IMG/VR virus record: IMGVR_UViG_3300045988_174371
Span: 1 to 64,000 of that record
Direction: 5' to 3' (one strand)
DNA: 64,000 nt
DNA from: a virus
The position numbers and the translations under genes were made by a program. Of this stretch, positions 36,148 to 45,047 are shown piece by piece. The notes beneath the pieces are model-generated. The model saw only the letters and a program-made list of their open reading frames with translations, had not been told where the DNA came from and searched no databases. Position 1 is the first letter of the stretch; each line of letters starts with the position of its first letter.

Positions 36148-37446
36148 CTAGTCTACCTCGGTGGCGGTAGAGGGCTTGAAGCGTTCCGGGAAGTATAGGC
36201 AGAAGTCGGTAATCTTACCGTCAATCCCCTCATCCTCATCCTCATCACCTTCATTGCCTTCAATGAGGCATAGAGGTGACTCAGAATCATCAAGCGTATA
36301 CTTCACACTCGCATTAACTGGGAGCTTATACGTACCCATCAGCTTATAATCATCTTCTTCAAGAAGTACATACTTCTTACCCTCGTGAGACTTAATGTAG
36401 TCATCAAGAACAGCATCCTCGCTATCGAGACCATTGAAAGGCAAGACAGCGAACTCCAACGAAGAGTAATCCCACACCTTATCGTAAGGAGCGCACTCCT
36501 CATCAGCCGGAATACTAGGGTTGAAGAAAATCATTGCGAGAACCAAAGCACCGGAAGCGTACATGAGCCACACCGGAGCTGACTGCGTGAAGAAGAACAG
36601 AGAGTACAATGCAACTAGTGCAATAGCCAGAAGAGCGGCGGAAGCAGTCATCACCAGCGAAGAGAAGGGGCGATGCAGAAGGCTCCAGCCGGGGAACTCC
36701 AAATCCCCCATCATCTTATCGTGATTGATACGCAGAATAGGCTCATCAATCAGACGGCTAACCTCATTCTCTCCAAAGTTCTCAACAGCCGCCGCATAAC
36801 GCTCAGCACGAGACTTCTCATAGACCGAACGAATCAAACCCTTAACAGGCTTCTTCTCAGACATCGGAACATGAATCTCATAATGCAGATAACGCCTAGC
36901 AGACTCCCACTCACCAAAGACAACCTTCAGCCTCGGAGCAGAACCCTCAATCGCATCATAAACAGTGCGGACGCTATCGACCCTATCCAGGGAACCCTTC
37001 GAGAAAACCGGAGCCACCGGCAAGACCTTAGCCTCACCATCATCCGAAACAGTGACCCAAAGCTTACCGTCAGCAACCTTGAAGAACCGCTCCACATACG
37101 GAGCACCCTCAGCGACACCCTCAACAGGTAGCACTTCATACTCGACAGCCTCATCATCACTGTAATCCTTCACAGCAAGAGGCTCACCGCTGGTACGCTT
37201 CCACAATGAAAAGCCAATGAGTGAACAAGTGAACGTAATCACCGAAGCGGGCAAAAGAAAAATTCCACTAACGAAAATGAAAAAGCCCGTAACCGGCGAA
37301 TAGCCGCCCGCAGTCGTAAGGTTAAACCCAGACAATGCGACACCGCCCAAGGACAGAAGTAGCATAGCCGCCGCGAAAGCGAACAGGTTACGCCGCGAAA
37401 GCTTAGTCAAAGCCCTAGGCTTAATCAATTTCTCGTAAAGAGACAA
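36148..37446 (-). CDS. membrane protein (two hydrophobic clusters)
   Basis: 432 aa; TTG start; preceded by a ~320-nt leader that contains RNA element C. Confidence 0.7.
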   Translation of the reverse strand: MSLYEKLIKPRALTKLSRRNLFAFAAAMLLLSLGGVALSGFNLTTAGGYSPVTGFFIFVSGIFLLPASVITFTCSLIGFSLWKRTSGEPLAVKDYSDDEAVEYEVLPVEGVAEGAPYVERFFKVADGKLWVTVSDDGEAKVLPVAPVFSKGSLDRVDSVRTVYDAIEGSAPRLKVVFGEWESARRYLHYEIHVPMSEKKPVKGLIRSVYEKSRAERYAAAVENFGENEVSRLIDEPILRINHDKMMGDLEFPGWSLLHRPFSSLVMTASAALLAIALVALYSLFFFTQSAPVWLMYASGALVLAMIFFNPSIPADEECAPYDKVWDYSSLEFAVLPFNGLDSEDAVLDDYIKSHEGKKYVLLEEDDYKLMGTYKLPVNASVKYTLDDSESPLCLIEGNEGDEDEDEGIDGKITDFCLYFPERFKPSTATEVD

Positions 37447-37610
37447 ACCGATACACTACCTTCCAGTAATAAGAACGAATAAGAATGAGGAACAGCAAGA
37501 AGAAGCCACTCCCTTGTGTATGGGAAAGCTGAGCAGGCATCTAGAGAAGGATGCACCCAAATTAGGGAGAATGCTCACCTAATACATGAAGCGCATCCAG
37601 TTTCCCAACT

Positions 37611-37764
37611 CAGTTAGATGAGTCAAGGCTTAGCCCTGACGGTAACCCTTAGTCGGTAGATGCCAGCCTTTCCTGGTCTTGACACCGCCGCCACCTAATT
37701 ACTATCAGGCTCGGCAATGCCCATTTATTTCACGCACCTCGCCCGTCTCTCACAGGCAAGGTGC
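37611..37764 (-). ncRNA. structured RNA element, copy C
   Basis: Begins about 7-10 nt downstream of the promoter at 37774-37784. 10-bp P1 stem 37734-37743/37755-37764 with a U.G pair valid only on the minus strand; UAA-loop hairpin 37622-37640. Confidence 0.55.
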
Positions 37765-37773
37765 GTTAGCTCA

Positions 37774-37784
37774 AGTGTAACACA
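37774..37784 (-). promoter_or_regulatory. extended -10 promoter
   Basis: rc reads TGTGTTACACT. Confidence 0.6.
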
Positions 37785-37866
37785 GACGAGCCCTGTGTGT
37801 GAAAAACGCGGACTCCCTGCACTGTATATTCCCTGCCCGCCTCTTCTTGAGGTGGATGCCGTGGGG

Positions 37867-38136
37867 TTACTCTGGGGTTATAACGCATTCTGTGGTACTG
37901 CGTATGGTGGCTTCGTAGTCCTTTGTCCAGTAGTTGTCTGGGGCGTACCCGAATAGAACGTCAAATACGGCTCGTATTTCGCCGTTGGGTTTGCGCTCTG
38001 CGCCTAGCAGGAATACGCCTATGGGCTCTTCTAGCCCTTCGGCTTTACACTTCTTGAGGTATTCATTTTCGGCAAGTTCTGTGATACGCTGTTTCACTGC
38101 CGGGGTGATAGTCTGCGCTTGTTGTGACGAAGGCAT
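37867..38136 (-). CDS. hypothetical protein
   Basis: ATG at 38136 lies 1 nt after the upstream stop; the longer ORF would start at 38163. Confidence 0.55.
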   Translation of the reverse strand: MPSSQQAQTITPAVKQRITELAENEYLKKCKAEGLEEPIGVFLLGAERKPNGEIRAVFDVLFGYAPDNYWTKDYEATIRSTTECVITPE

Positions 38137-38137
38137 C

Positions 38138-38413
38138 TTAGAAGCTTTCATAGTATTCGACATCTTCTTCGATTGTGTAGGTGTTGGTTGCGCTGATGGT
38201 TACTCGGTAGCCCCTTTGCCACTGGTGGTATCGAGAGTCTTCGTAGTGGGCGAACGCTAGGGCTTTGATGGAGCCGTCGTTGGTGCGTTCAAGTTCTTCT
38301 AGGTAGACCTCGTGAGGGTCGCTTTCGGACGGGTCCATAACGCTTACTGCCTTGGTCTTAACCAGGTTCGCAATGTATTCCTGGGTGGTTTCGCTAATGC
38401 TGGTGGCGGTCAT
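38138..38413 (-). CDS. hypothetical protein
   Basis: 91 aa; SD GGAAAGG. Confidence 0.7.
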   Translation of the reverse strand: MTATSISETTQEYIANLVKTKAVSVMDPSESDPHEVYLEELERTNDGSIKALAFAHYEDSRYHQWQRGYRVTISATNTYTIEEDVEYYESF

Positions 38414-38476
38414 GAGGTTTGCCTTTCCTGATTGGGTAGTGGGTGGGGAGCTTTGAGTCCACCCCTCATATGTAAT

Positions 38477-38487
38477 AGTTTACCACA
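38477..38487 (-). promoter_or_regulatory. extended -10 promoter
   Basis: rc reads TGTGGTAAACT. Confidence 0.6.
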
Positions 38488-38579
38488 GATTTTATGCCTT
38501 AAAAACATTGAGAGCCTGTCATTTTAAAGATGAGCCAGTAGTGTTTGCGAGGTGCGCATGTTAATTATTAAGAAATTGC

Positions 38580-38642
38580 GAAAAACAGTACCAATATGAG
38601 GCTAGACCCTTAGGGATGAACTTCATATTGGTACTGTTTTTC
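38580..38642. repeat. 20-bp perfect inverted repeat in an AT-rich island
   Basis: gaaaaacagtaccaatatga / tcatattggtactgtttttc, located between divergent promoters. Confidence 0.8.
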
Positions 38643-38800
38643 ACTTCTTATAGAGTGCCCGACACGTAACATACTGCAAAGATTGAGTGTGATAGATATG
38701 CGGCTACCACACTGCCAATCCTAGAAGATTCTTCGTCCGTTGGGGACTGAGGTTAATGTGGCGCAAACCACCCTGACGAATTTTTGTCGTGTCTCAAAAC

Positions 38801-38811
38801 TGTGGTACAGT
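38801..38811 (+). promoter_or_regulatory. extended -10 promoter
   Basis: TGTGGTACAGT, 60 nt upstream of the ATG at 38871. Confidence 0.6.
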
Positions 38812-38870
38812 GTATTTCGTGAAGCTTCGCGCTTCCACACCCATAGTACGGTAACTACCAAAGGAGGACA

Positions 38871-39293
38871 ATGACTACCAACACCATTACTCTTGCCAAC
38901 TTCTCCATGCTCGGCTTCTTTGAGGGCGACTTTAGCGCCCAGTACATTGAAGCACTCAAGGGTGAGACCTCGACGGTAATCAAGAACCCGTCCATCAAGC
39001 TTGATAAGACTTCGGGTGCTCACGGTCGTCAGGAGCATCTTTTCCTGGATGTTGAATTTGAAGCACCCGCTGAGTTGGAGCCTGCGCGCACTGAGGAATC
39101 TAACGACGAGCAGGATACCATCATTTTGAAGGCGGTTTTTGGTATCACCTCGGGTGCTATTCGAGACATTGCCGAAAATATTGTGGCGATGGATGATATT
39201 CCCGTGGAAGTTGAAGTTACCAACATCTCCACCTCTGGAGGCGGTTTGAAGATGTCACTTGGCGGCTCTGGATTGCTGGAGCTGACCGCCTAG
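38871..39293 (+). CDS. hypothetical acidic protein
   Basis: 140 aa; SD AAGGAGG. Confidence 0.75.
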   Translation: MTTNTITLANFSMLGFFEGDFSAQYIEALKGETSTVIKNPSIKLDKTSGAHGRQEHLFLDVEFEAPAELEPARTEESNDEQDTIILKAVFGITSGAIRDIAENIVAMDDIPVEVEVTNISTSGGGLKMSLGGSGLLELTA

Positions 39294-39331
39294 CATCTTC
39301 CCTGCCTGATTGAGCTGACTACCGTATAGAG

Positions 39332-39370
39332 CAAAGTGCCCCTCGCATTGAATTTGCGAGGGGCACTTTG
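39332..39370. terminator. bidirectional hairpin terminator
   Basis: 16-bp perfect arms caaagtgcccctcgca / tgcgaggggcactttg. Confidence 0.65.
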
Positions 39371-39401
39371 TTGCGCCATTTGCTATTGGTGTGCGTTGGG
39401 G

Positions 39402-40508
39402 TTAGCCGCCAGAGGTGCCACCGCCGGACTTCGAACCGCCACCAAAGCCGCCCTTTGAACCGCCCGAGGAGGAGCCGCCAGACTTTGAGCCGCCACTTGA
39501 TGGGGAGCCACTGTTAGACGATGAGTTACCGGACTTCTGAGAGCTGTTCGAGCTGTTACTGGATGAGTCGCTGGACTTCGAGCTACTGGAGCCGTTCTGG
39601 GAGCCATTGGAGCCACTGTTGGGCTTCGAGTTAGTGTCTGCCGCCTTGTCGGACTTGGAAGCGCCCTGGGAGCCGCTGGAGCCGTTCGGGGAGGTGTTAT
39701 TGTTCTTGTTGCCAGTATTGCCAGAGTCAGGCTTGTTTCCTGCCTTGTTTGCGGCAACAGCACCTGCCGCCGCTCCAGCCGCCGCGCCTGCACCTGCCGC
39801 CGCCGCTCCATTATTGGAGGAGCTTGAGTTGGATGAGGAGTTGGAAGACGAGGAATTGCCAGCAGGCTTGCCTGCCGCGCTCTTCATGTTGTTGCGCTCA
39901 ATGGTGGCAACCTTGCCGTCCTTCATGCCTGCCTTTGCGCGAGCGGAGCGGTAAGAGTCTGCGAAGGAGCCGCCGGTTGAGGGGAGCCCTTGGTATACGG
40001 TGCCTTTCTGCGGTGCAGTATTGGAGCCGCCATGCAGGGAAGCGCCAACGCTGGGTACGTTGCCGTTGTTGTAGCCGCCCGTGTATGCGTAACTGCCGCC
40101 GCCATTGGAGTTCTGCGACATCATGTAGCCGATGTAGTACCAGATGAAGGGGTTTCCGCCGCCGCCGCCGTTATGCGAGTCACCGCCCGAGCCTGCACTG
40201 CGTGCATGTTCTGCCGCCGCCTCGCCGGTCGGTGAAGCGCCTGCGGTGGTAGGCTCTTCGCAGTTATTGTCTTCCGCGCGGGTATTGTCGGCAGTGTTCT
40301 GGCATACGCGCACATATTCCATCCCCAACGTGCTGAAAGGGGTTTCCGTAGGCTGGGGTGAGGTATTTGAGTTAGGGGCTGAACAGCCGGATAGCGCGAG
40401 TAGGCTTACGCCAGCCGCCGCCGCAAGGCGAATAGCGGTCTTGTCCCCATGCTTAGGGGGCTTGGAAAAAGAATTGCCGTTCTGCGCGGGGTTGAAGTTA
40501 GTGGACAT
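39402..40508 (-). CDS. lipoprotein with low-complexity Gly/Ser/Asn-rich C-terminal half
   Basis: 368 aa; lipobox LLALSGC; SD AAGGAGG. Confidence 0.75.
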   Translation of the reverse strand: MSTNFNPAQNGNSFSKPPKHGDKTAIRLAAAAGVSLLALSGCSAPNSNTSPQPTETPFSTLGMEYVRVCQNTADNTRAEDNNCEEPTTAGASPTGEAAAEHARSAGSGGDSHNGGGGGNPFIWYYIGYMMSQNSNGGGSYAYTGGYNNGNVPSVGASLHGGSNTAPQKGTVYQGLPSTGGSFADSYRSARAKAGMKDGKVATIERNNMKSAAGKPAGNSSSSNSSSNSSSSNNGAAAAGAGAAAGAAAGAVAANKAGNKPDSGNTGNKNNNTSPNGSSGSQGASKSDKAADTNSKPNSGSNGSQNGSSSSKSSDSSSNSSNSSQKSGNSSSNSGSPSSGGSKSGGSSSGGSKGGFGGGSKSGGGTSGG

Positions 40509-40608
40509 GTGCCTCCTTTGGTGGCTACCACCGTATGTTTAGGTGGGGCAGTTGATGTGGGTAACGTATGTGCGGCGTGTAATGATTGATGCCGTATTTA
40601 TTAAAAAT

Positions 40609-40619
40609 AGTTTATCACA
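40609..40619 (-). promoter_or_regulatory. extended -10 promoter
   Basis: rc reads TGTGATAAACT. Confidence 0.6.
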
Positions 40620-40775
40620 TATCTCAGGTTAAGGTGCATAGATAAAAGTTGGTTCTCTTTCTCGCATATCACTACCACCCATTCTTAAATGTGATACGAA
40701 TAGGTGGGGTGAAGTCACCGCCCAGCTGTCCGCTGAGTGGCAACCTCGCCCCACCTATTATCTCAAGGGCGCTTT

Positions 40776-41846
40776 CTAGCGCTTACGCTTCTTCTTCTTA
40801 GTGAGGAAGGCATTGGAAACTACCTTGAAGTGGGCGCGGTTTCCCAGCTCCCTGCGGGGCTTGCCGTCCTTGAAGTACCAGACGATACCCTCTACGGTTT
40901 CACCCGGCGCAACGGCAGAGGTGATGGTGTCAGGCTGAGCAACGGCATTGCCTGCGTCCCAGGTAACGTTGTCGAGGATGGGAACCCAGAGCCCTGCGTC
41001 CTTGAATCGACGTTCAACATCTGCGTTAGATGCGTGGAAAGCGCGGAAGTCTGCAACGTCGCCGGTGGCGAACTTAAACTTCGAGCTAATCTTGTTGCAG
41101 AAGAGTTCACCCTGTACCCATTCACCAGGCTTGAGGCTGTCGAACAGTTCTGCGTAGCGGGAGTAGCCGTCGCGGTAGTACTTCCAAGCGGAGCTGTTGA
41201 GTGCGTCCTGCTTGATGGCGTAGTTGCGGTTAGCGATGCGGATAGCGCCAGTTTCAACATCTCGCCAGACGGTCATGGAGGTTCCGTCAATCTTCTCGGT
41301 AGCGTACACATCATCAGCAGAGATGTTTTCGAAGAAGGAGGCGGGAATGTTCTGGACGCGCTCAGCATCAGTAGTGCCAATGAACCCTGGGAAGCTTTCC
41401 AGACCCTCTTCGCCAACCGCGAGGATAGCATCTTCAATGTGCTTGGTGACAATGCCGTCAAAGTAAGCATCAACCTCATCCTGGGAAGCCTCCGCAGATA
41501 GACCTTCAAAGCTTTCCAGGGGAAGCAGGAGACCTTGGGAGAGGCTTTCACGGAAGTGCTGGCTACGGAGCACAACACCTGAGATTGCCTTGCCGTTAAT
41601 GATGCGGGTTGCCTTCTTGCCCTTAATGGGGGCAAATGCAGGGAAGTCGCTACTCAGCAGGGAGTCAATCTCAAAGTAGACCGCCTTGTCGCCTTCCTGC
41701 ATGGTCTTGGGTGCTACCACCCACCATAGGGTGTTCTTAGGGTTTGCCATGTGGATGAAGTTTGCGGGGTCGTTGCATTCCTTGGTCTTGTCGATGGTGA
41801 CAATGCGGGCGAGGTGGCGGATGCCGTCTACAGCAGTCGATGCCAT
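40776..41846 (-). CDS. ATP-dependent RNA ligase (DRB0094/Rnl5-like, N-terminal OB-like module)
   Basis: 356 aa; motif I YATEKIDGTSMTVW; N-terminus ...EGDKAVYFEIDSLL; SD GAAAGGAAA. Confidence 0.75.
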   Translation of the reverse strand: MASTAVDGIRHLARIVTIDKTKECNDPANFIHMANPKNTLWWVVAPKTMQEGDKAVYFEIDSLLSSDFPAFAPIKGKKATRIINGKAISGVVLRSQHFRESLSQGLLLPLESFEGLSAEASQDEVDAYFDGIVTKHIEDAILAVGEEGLESFPGFIGTTDAERVQNIPASFFENISADDVYATEKIDGTSMTVWRDVETGAIRIANRNYAIKQDALNSSAWKYYRDGYSRYAELFDSLKPGEWVQGELFCNKISSKFKFATGDVADFRAFHASNADVERRFKDAGLWVPILDNVTWDAGNAVAQPDTITSAVAPGETVEGIVWYFKDGKPRRELGNRAHFKVVSNAFLTKKKKRKR

Positions 41847-41933
41847 AAGAGTATTTTCCTTTCAGGAAGTGATGTGTAAGCAATGGTTTTGTTGAGTATG
41901 TATAAGGTTCTCACTCAATCACCATATACATAA

Positions 41934-41944
41934 AGTCTACCACA
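41934..41944 (-). promoter_or_regulatory. extended -10 promoter
   Basis: rc reads TGTGGTAGACT. Confidence 0.6.
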
Positions 41945-42098
41945 GATTTGGGACTATGGCAAAGTGTCTGGCGTATGGGTGTGGTGTATACTGGTTACAT
42001 GATTACCCACCTATTGAAAGGATAACGCCTACTGTGAATAACAGTGTGATGCGAGTTTTGAAGATGCACGCCAAGAAGTATGGCGGGGAGGTTTCTTA

Positions 42099-42515
42099 AT
42101 GAGTGAGTTCGTCCGGGCGTTTGAGACATTGCTACTGTCGCAGTTCTGGTTGTTCGGCATGTATACCTTGTATCTGCTAGTAACTGGCTCCAGACTATAC
42201 AGAGCGGTCTTCATGCAACGCGAGCTACCCGAACGTATTGCGTTGCCTGCGCTACTGCTCTTCACGGGGGTGTTTCGCCTAAGTATGGATAGGCAGGTTC
42301 CTGGTTATGCTGTGATTGCTGTTCCTGTGGTGTTGCTTGTTGCTGTCGTGGTTGCGGTGAAGCTTGTTCAGCTTATTGTGCCGCCGACGTTGTTCTTTTT
42401 CTTCGGCTGGGTTTTTCTGCTTATGGTCTCTATTCTGAAGGTTGCCCCGGAGGAGGTTCGCGATAAGGTGTTTAGCATACTGAGGGGGCTTCTAGAGCGC
42501 GGTGAGGCAAGCTAA
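42099..42515 (+). CDS. membrane protein
   Basis: 138 aa; SD GGGGAGG 8 nt before the ATG; four hydrophobic segments. Confidence 0.65.
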   Translation: MSEFVRAFETLLLSQFWLFGMYTLYLLVTGSRLYRAVFMQRELPERIALPALLLFTGVFRLSMDRQVPGYAVIAVPVVLLVAVVVAVKLVQLIVPPTLFFFFGWVFLLMVSILKVAPEEVRDKVFSILRGLLERGEAS

Positions 42516-42556
42516 TCATTCGCATAAGCTTAGCGCCTGTTGAGGGAAGTAGAAGC

Positions 42557-42615
42557 GCCCGACCACTCTGCATCCGTTTAGTACGGAGTATTGCAGAGGG
42601 TCGGGCACTTTTATT
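42557..42615 (+). terminator. rho-independent terminator
   Basis: Arms gcccgaccactctgca / tgcagagggtcgggc followed by a T-run. Confidence 0.6.
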
Positions 42616-42628
42616 GTGCTAGATACTG

Positions 42629-43051
42629 TTAGAAGTTGTCCATCTTGAGAGTGATGTCTTCGCGCGTGATGTTCAGCTGTTCGAGCAGTGCGTCTTCAGT
42701 GGCTACATAGGACCCAGGTGCTTCACCATCAACGGTGCTGTCGAGAATTAGGAGTTCAGAGGTTGCCTCCAGTACGGAGTCTTCATCCTTGAAGTCGTAT
42801 TTATTCTTACCAGGCTGTACATCGAACGCAAGGAGCTTCAGATGGCAACAGGGGGCATAGGTGTCGTCTTCGTAAGACCACATGTGCGTGTCGGTGGCAC
42901 GCCATTCTAGCGCAAGCTTACCGCCTCGCTTGAGGTATTCGTGAACGTCTTCAGCGGTGGACAGGTAAGAGCGTTCGATTACTTCGTGGAGCTGTTCTTC
43001 TTCCTTGCGGGCAAGGTGGAAGATGTGGGTTGATTCGAGCTGGTTAGTCAT
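42629..43051 (-). CDS. hypothetical protein (paralogue of 61445-61867)
   Basis: Start at the ATG at 43051 (MTNQLES), which matches the paralogue N-terminus; shared GGKL.L.WR motif. Confidence 0.7.
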   Translation of the reverse strand: MTNQLESTHIFHLARKEEEQLHEVIERSYLSTAEDVHEYLKRGGKLALEWRATDTHMWSYEDDTYAPCCHLKLLAFDVQPGKNKYDFKDEDSVLEATSELLILDSTVDGEAPGSYVATEDALLEQLNITREDITLKMDNF

Positions 43052-43132
43052 GGGGCAGAGAGCCTTTCTGTAAGGTTTCGATTTGGTGTCTTTCAAGGGG
43101 GCGGATTATGCCTACCCCAACCATATGCGGGT

Positions 43133-43143
43133 AGTCTACCACA
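43133..43143 (-). promoter_or_regulatory. extended -10 promoter
   Basis: rc reads TGTGGTAGACT. Confidence 0.6.
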
Positions 43144-43236
43144 TATTCTGTGTATCGAGCAAGAAGTGGGTGTACACCACGGGGATATGCCTGTGGAAAA
43201 ATATTTGACACTACATATTGCATACCGAGGATTTTA

Positions 43237-43247
43237 TGTGGTACAGT
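43237..43247 (+). promoter_or_regulatory. extended -10 promoter
   Basis: TGTGGTACAGT, 63 nt upstream of the ATG at 43310. Confidence 0.6.
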
Positions 43248-43309
43248 ATTCATGTCGGCAGGAATTGCAGACATCAACAACTTTACCCAATCAATCTAAG
43301 GAGAGCATT

Positions 43310-43750
43310 ATGGCTCAGGCAACCCAGGCACTCACTATCGAAGGTCAGCTCCACATGGACGAAGCTCAGAAGAAGATTGTGAAGCTTCCCAAGTATGGCG
43401 AACCAACCGGCAATCACTACCAGCACCTCATCAACTTCCTGCAAGGTGAACACACCAAGAAGACCAACACCCCCTACCAGATGTACGGAAAGTTCAACAT
43501 CTGGAGCAACAGTGAAGAAGGCGAAGAACCCTACGAGATTGGCTACGAAGTAGAGTTCACCTCTGACGCAGAATGCGAGAAGCCGACCGGCATCCGAATC
43601 TTCGAATACCGCGAAGACGACGAAGAAGGTTGCGAGAGCAACAAGGAACTTCTCGCCCTGAATGGTCGAAAGTTCAAGGTTACCAGTGCAATGCCCTTCA
43701 GCTCCGCAGGTGACTACCTGGCAGAAACGACTATCGCCCTCATCGACTAA
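43310..43750 (+). CDS. hypothetical acidic protein
   Basis: Start at the ATG at 43310 after SD AAGGAGAG, downstream of the promoter. Confidence 0.75.
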   Translation: MAQATQALTIEGQLHMDEAQKKIVKLPKYGEPTGNHYQHLINFLQGEHTKKTNTPYQMYGKFNIWSNSEEGEEPYEIGYEVEFTSDAECEKPTGIRIFEYREDDEEGCESNKELLALNGRKFKVTSAMPFSSAGDYLAETTIALID

Positions 43751-44055
43751 GCACAGTAAGGTAAGGCGGGGCATCTCCAACTAAGGAGGTGTCCCGCCTT
43801 ACCATGCCCTGCAACCCCTGAGCCTGCCATGAGCGCCACTTTTGGCGGATGTGAGGTAAATATTCCACCGTCTCGCTTACCGTTATGGTAGGGGCGTTCC
43901 GCTTCTCGCGCAGTATTCTTCGCGGTGTTAAGGTCATGGTCAAGCTTGTACCCACAATGCCCGCAGTGGAACATGCGGTCACTCAACCCCTGCTTCTCAG
44001 TTGCGCGCTCCTCACAGTTACTACAGGTCTGAGATGACGAATTGAAATGCGTCAA
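43747..44055 (-). pseudogene. TnpB C-terminal remnant (5'-truncated and frameshifted)
   Basis: Retains SSQTCSNCE...FHCGHCGYKLDHDLNTAKN (zinc ribbon plus RuvC-III). The expected NILRE continuation is in another frame, and the N-terminal ~300 aa are absent. Confidence 0.7.
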
Positions 44056-44139
44056 TACTAAATAGGTGGGAAGATAGTTCTGTCAAGCCGCTACAAACTG
44101 GCGGCACACATTCATGCTATCAACATCAAGGAGACCCCT

Positions 44140-44574
44140 ATGCAGAACGACTACCAGCCGGGCGAAGACCTCACCATCACCATTGCGCACATCGAGCACA
44201 ACATCAAGGTTCTTACCGTCATTCATAAGAAGGCGCAGGCATTGCTCGACAAGCCCATTGAGGCGCTATATGCCATGACCGATGCCTTTGAGGAAGGGGA
44301 GCCGGTAAACATGCCGATGAACCTCAAGGCTGTTACCCGCATTCAGAAAGTAGATGCTATCTTGAGGGATGCGCGGGCGGTTATTGAGGATGCGCGGCTA
44401 TCCCTTGCTATTATGGCGTGCGGCGGCATTAACCTAGAGTCTTTCAACTCTGACAGTATGGTGATGCGAGATGCTGTGGCGCTTGAGGTTACTACAGGGA
44501 AGGCAGTGGAGGAGCTTTCTGTTCGCTGGTTGGAGCACTCCACTCACCTAGATACCGTAGGTGAGGAGTTCTAA
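44140..44574 (+). CDS. hypothetical protein
   Basis: 144 aa; SD AAGGAGA. Confidence 0.7.
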   Translation: MQNDYQPGEDLTITIAHIEHNIKVLTVIHKKAQALLDKPIEALYAMTDAFEEGEPVNMPMNLKAVTRIQKVDAILRDARAVIEDARLSLAIMACGGINLESFNSDSMVMRDAVALEVTTGKAVEELSVRWLEHSTHLDTVGEEF

Positions 44575-44585
44575 GGCGTAGCACT

Positions 44586-44625
44586 AGGCAGAAGGGGTAA
44601 GCATAGTTGCCGCCCCCTTCTGCCT
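44586..44625 (+). terminator. hairpin terminator
   Basis: 12-bp arms aggcagaagggg / ccccttctgcct. Confidence 0.6.
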
Positions 44626-44675
44626 AATATTATTTCTGGAGCTACATCTAATCGGCTTGCAAAAATAGTTCCTAG

Positions 44676-44686
44676 TGTGGTACTAT
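44676..44686 (+). promoter_or_regulatory. extended -10 promoter
   Basis: TGTGGTACTAT; the leader gagctacagtaaa...accgaaaggtt is shared with 55627. Confidence 0.6.
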
Positions 44687-44737
44687 TTAAGTGTAGTAAG
44701 GAGCTACAGTAAAGCAACTACCGAAAGGTTCTCAATC

Positions 44738-45046
44738 ATGTACAAGTTCAACTTCTCCATCCCCGAAGCCATGTACGAAAAGTACGGCTGGGATTTTGAC
44801 ACTGAATGGGACCTCAACATCACCGGCTTCCGCGTCTACAATAAGACCCAGCGCATTACCATGCAGGTTATCGTTGAAGCAACTGATGAGGTTTTCAATG
44901 TTGAACTGGAAGGTATGGATTACGTAAAGTTCCCTCTGACTAAGGAGCTTATCGAACACGCACGCAAGAGCAAGAAGCCTCTGTCTTGTGTGGAGGTCGT
45001 ATGCTTCAATAAGCACTACGTCAAGTTCACTGCAAAGAACCTTTAA
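44738..45046 (+). CDS. hypothetical protein
   Basis: Start at the ATG at 44738 (MYKFNF) after SD GAAAGG, downstream of the promoter. Confidence 0.75.
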   Translation: MYKFNFSIPEAMYEKYGWDFDTEWDLNITGFRVYNKTQRITMQVIVEATDEVFNVELEGMDYVKFPLTKELIEHARKSKKPLSCVEVVCFNKHYVKFTAKNL

Positions 45047-45047
45047 T

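Noticed and set aside
37679-37708. TTGACA inside the repeated element, read as a plus-strand -35 box with TAGGCT/TATCAG as the -10
   Set aside because: The spacing to the putative -10 varies from 14 to 18 nt between copies. No plus-strand gene lies downstream. G.U pairs favour a minus-strand RNA.
37611-37764. Possible identity of the repeated element with SRP RNA, the yybP-ykoY riboswitch, a hammerhead (CUGAUAG...GAAA) or an HDV-like ribozyme
   Set aside because: Only short chance resemblances are present (GUCAAGACC, CUGAUAG in one copy). The defining conserved cores are absent or not shared by all copies.
38721-39038. 105-aa minus-strand ORF
   Set aside because: It overlaps the promoter, SD and 5' part of the well-supported plus-strand gene 38871-39293 and has no signals of its own.
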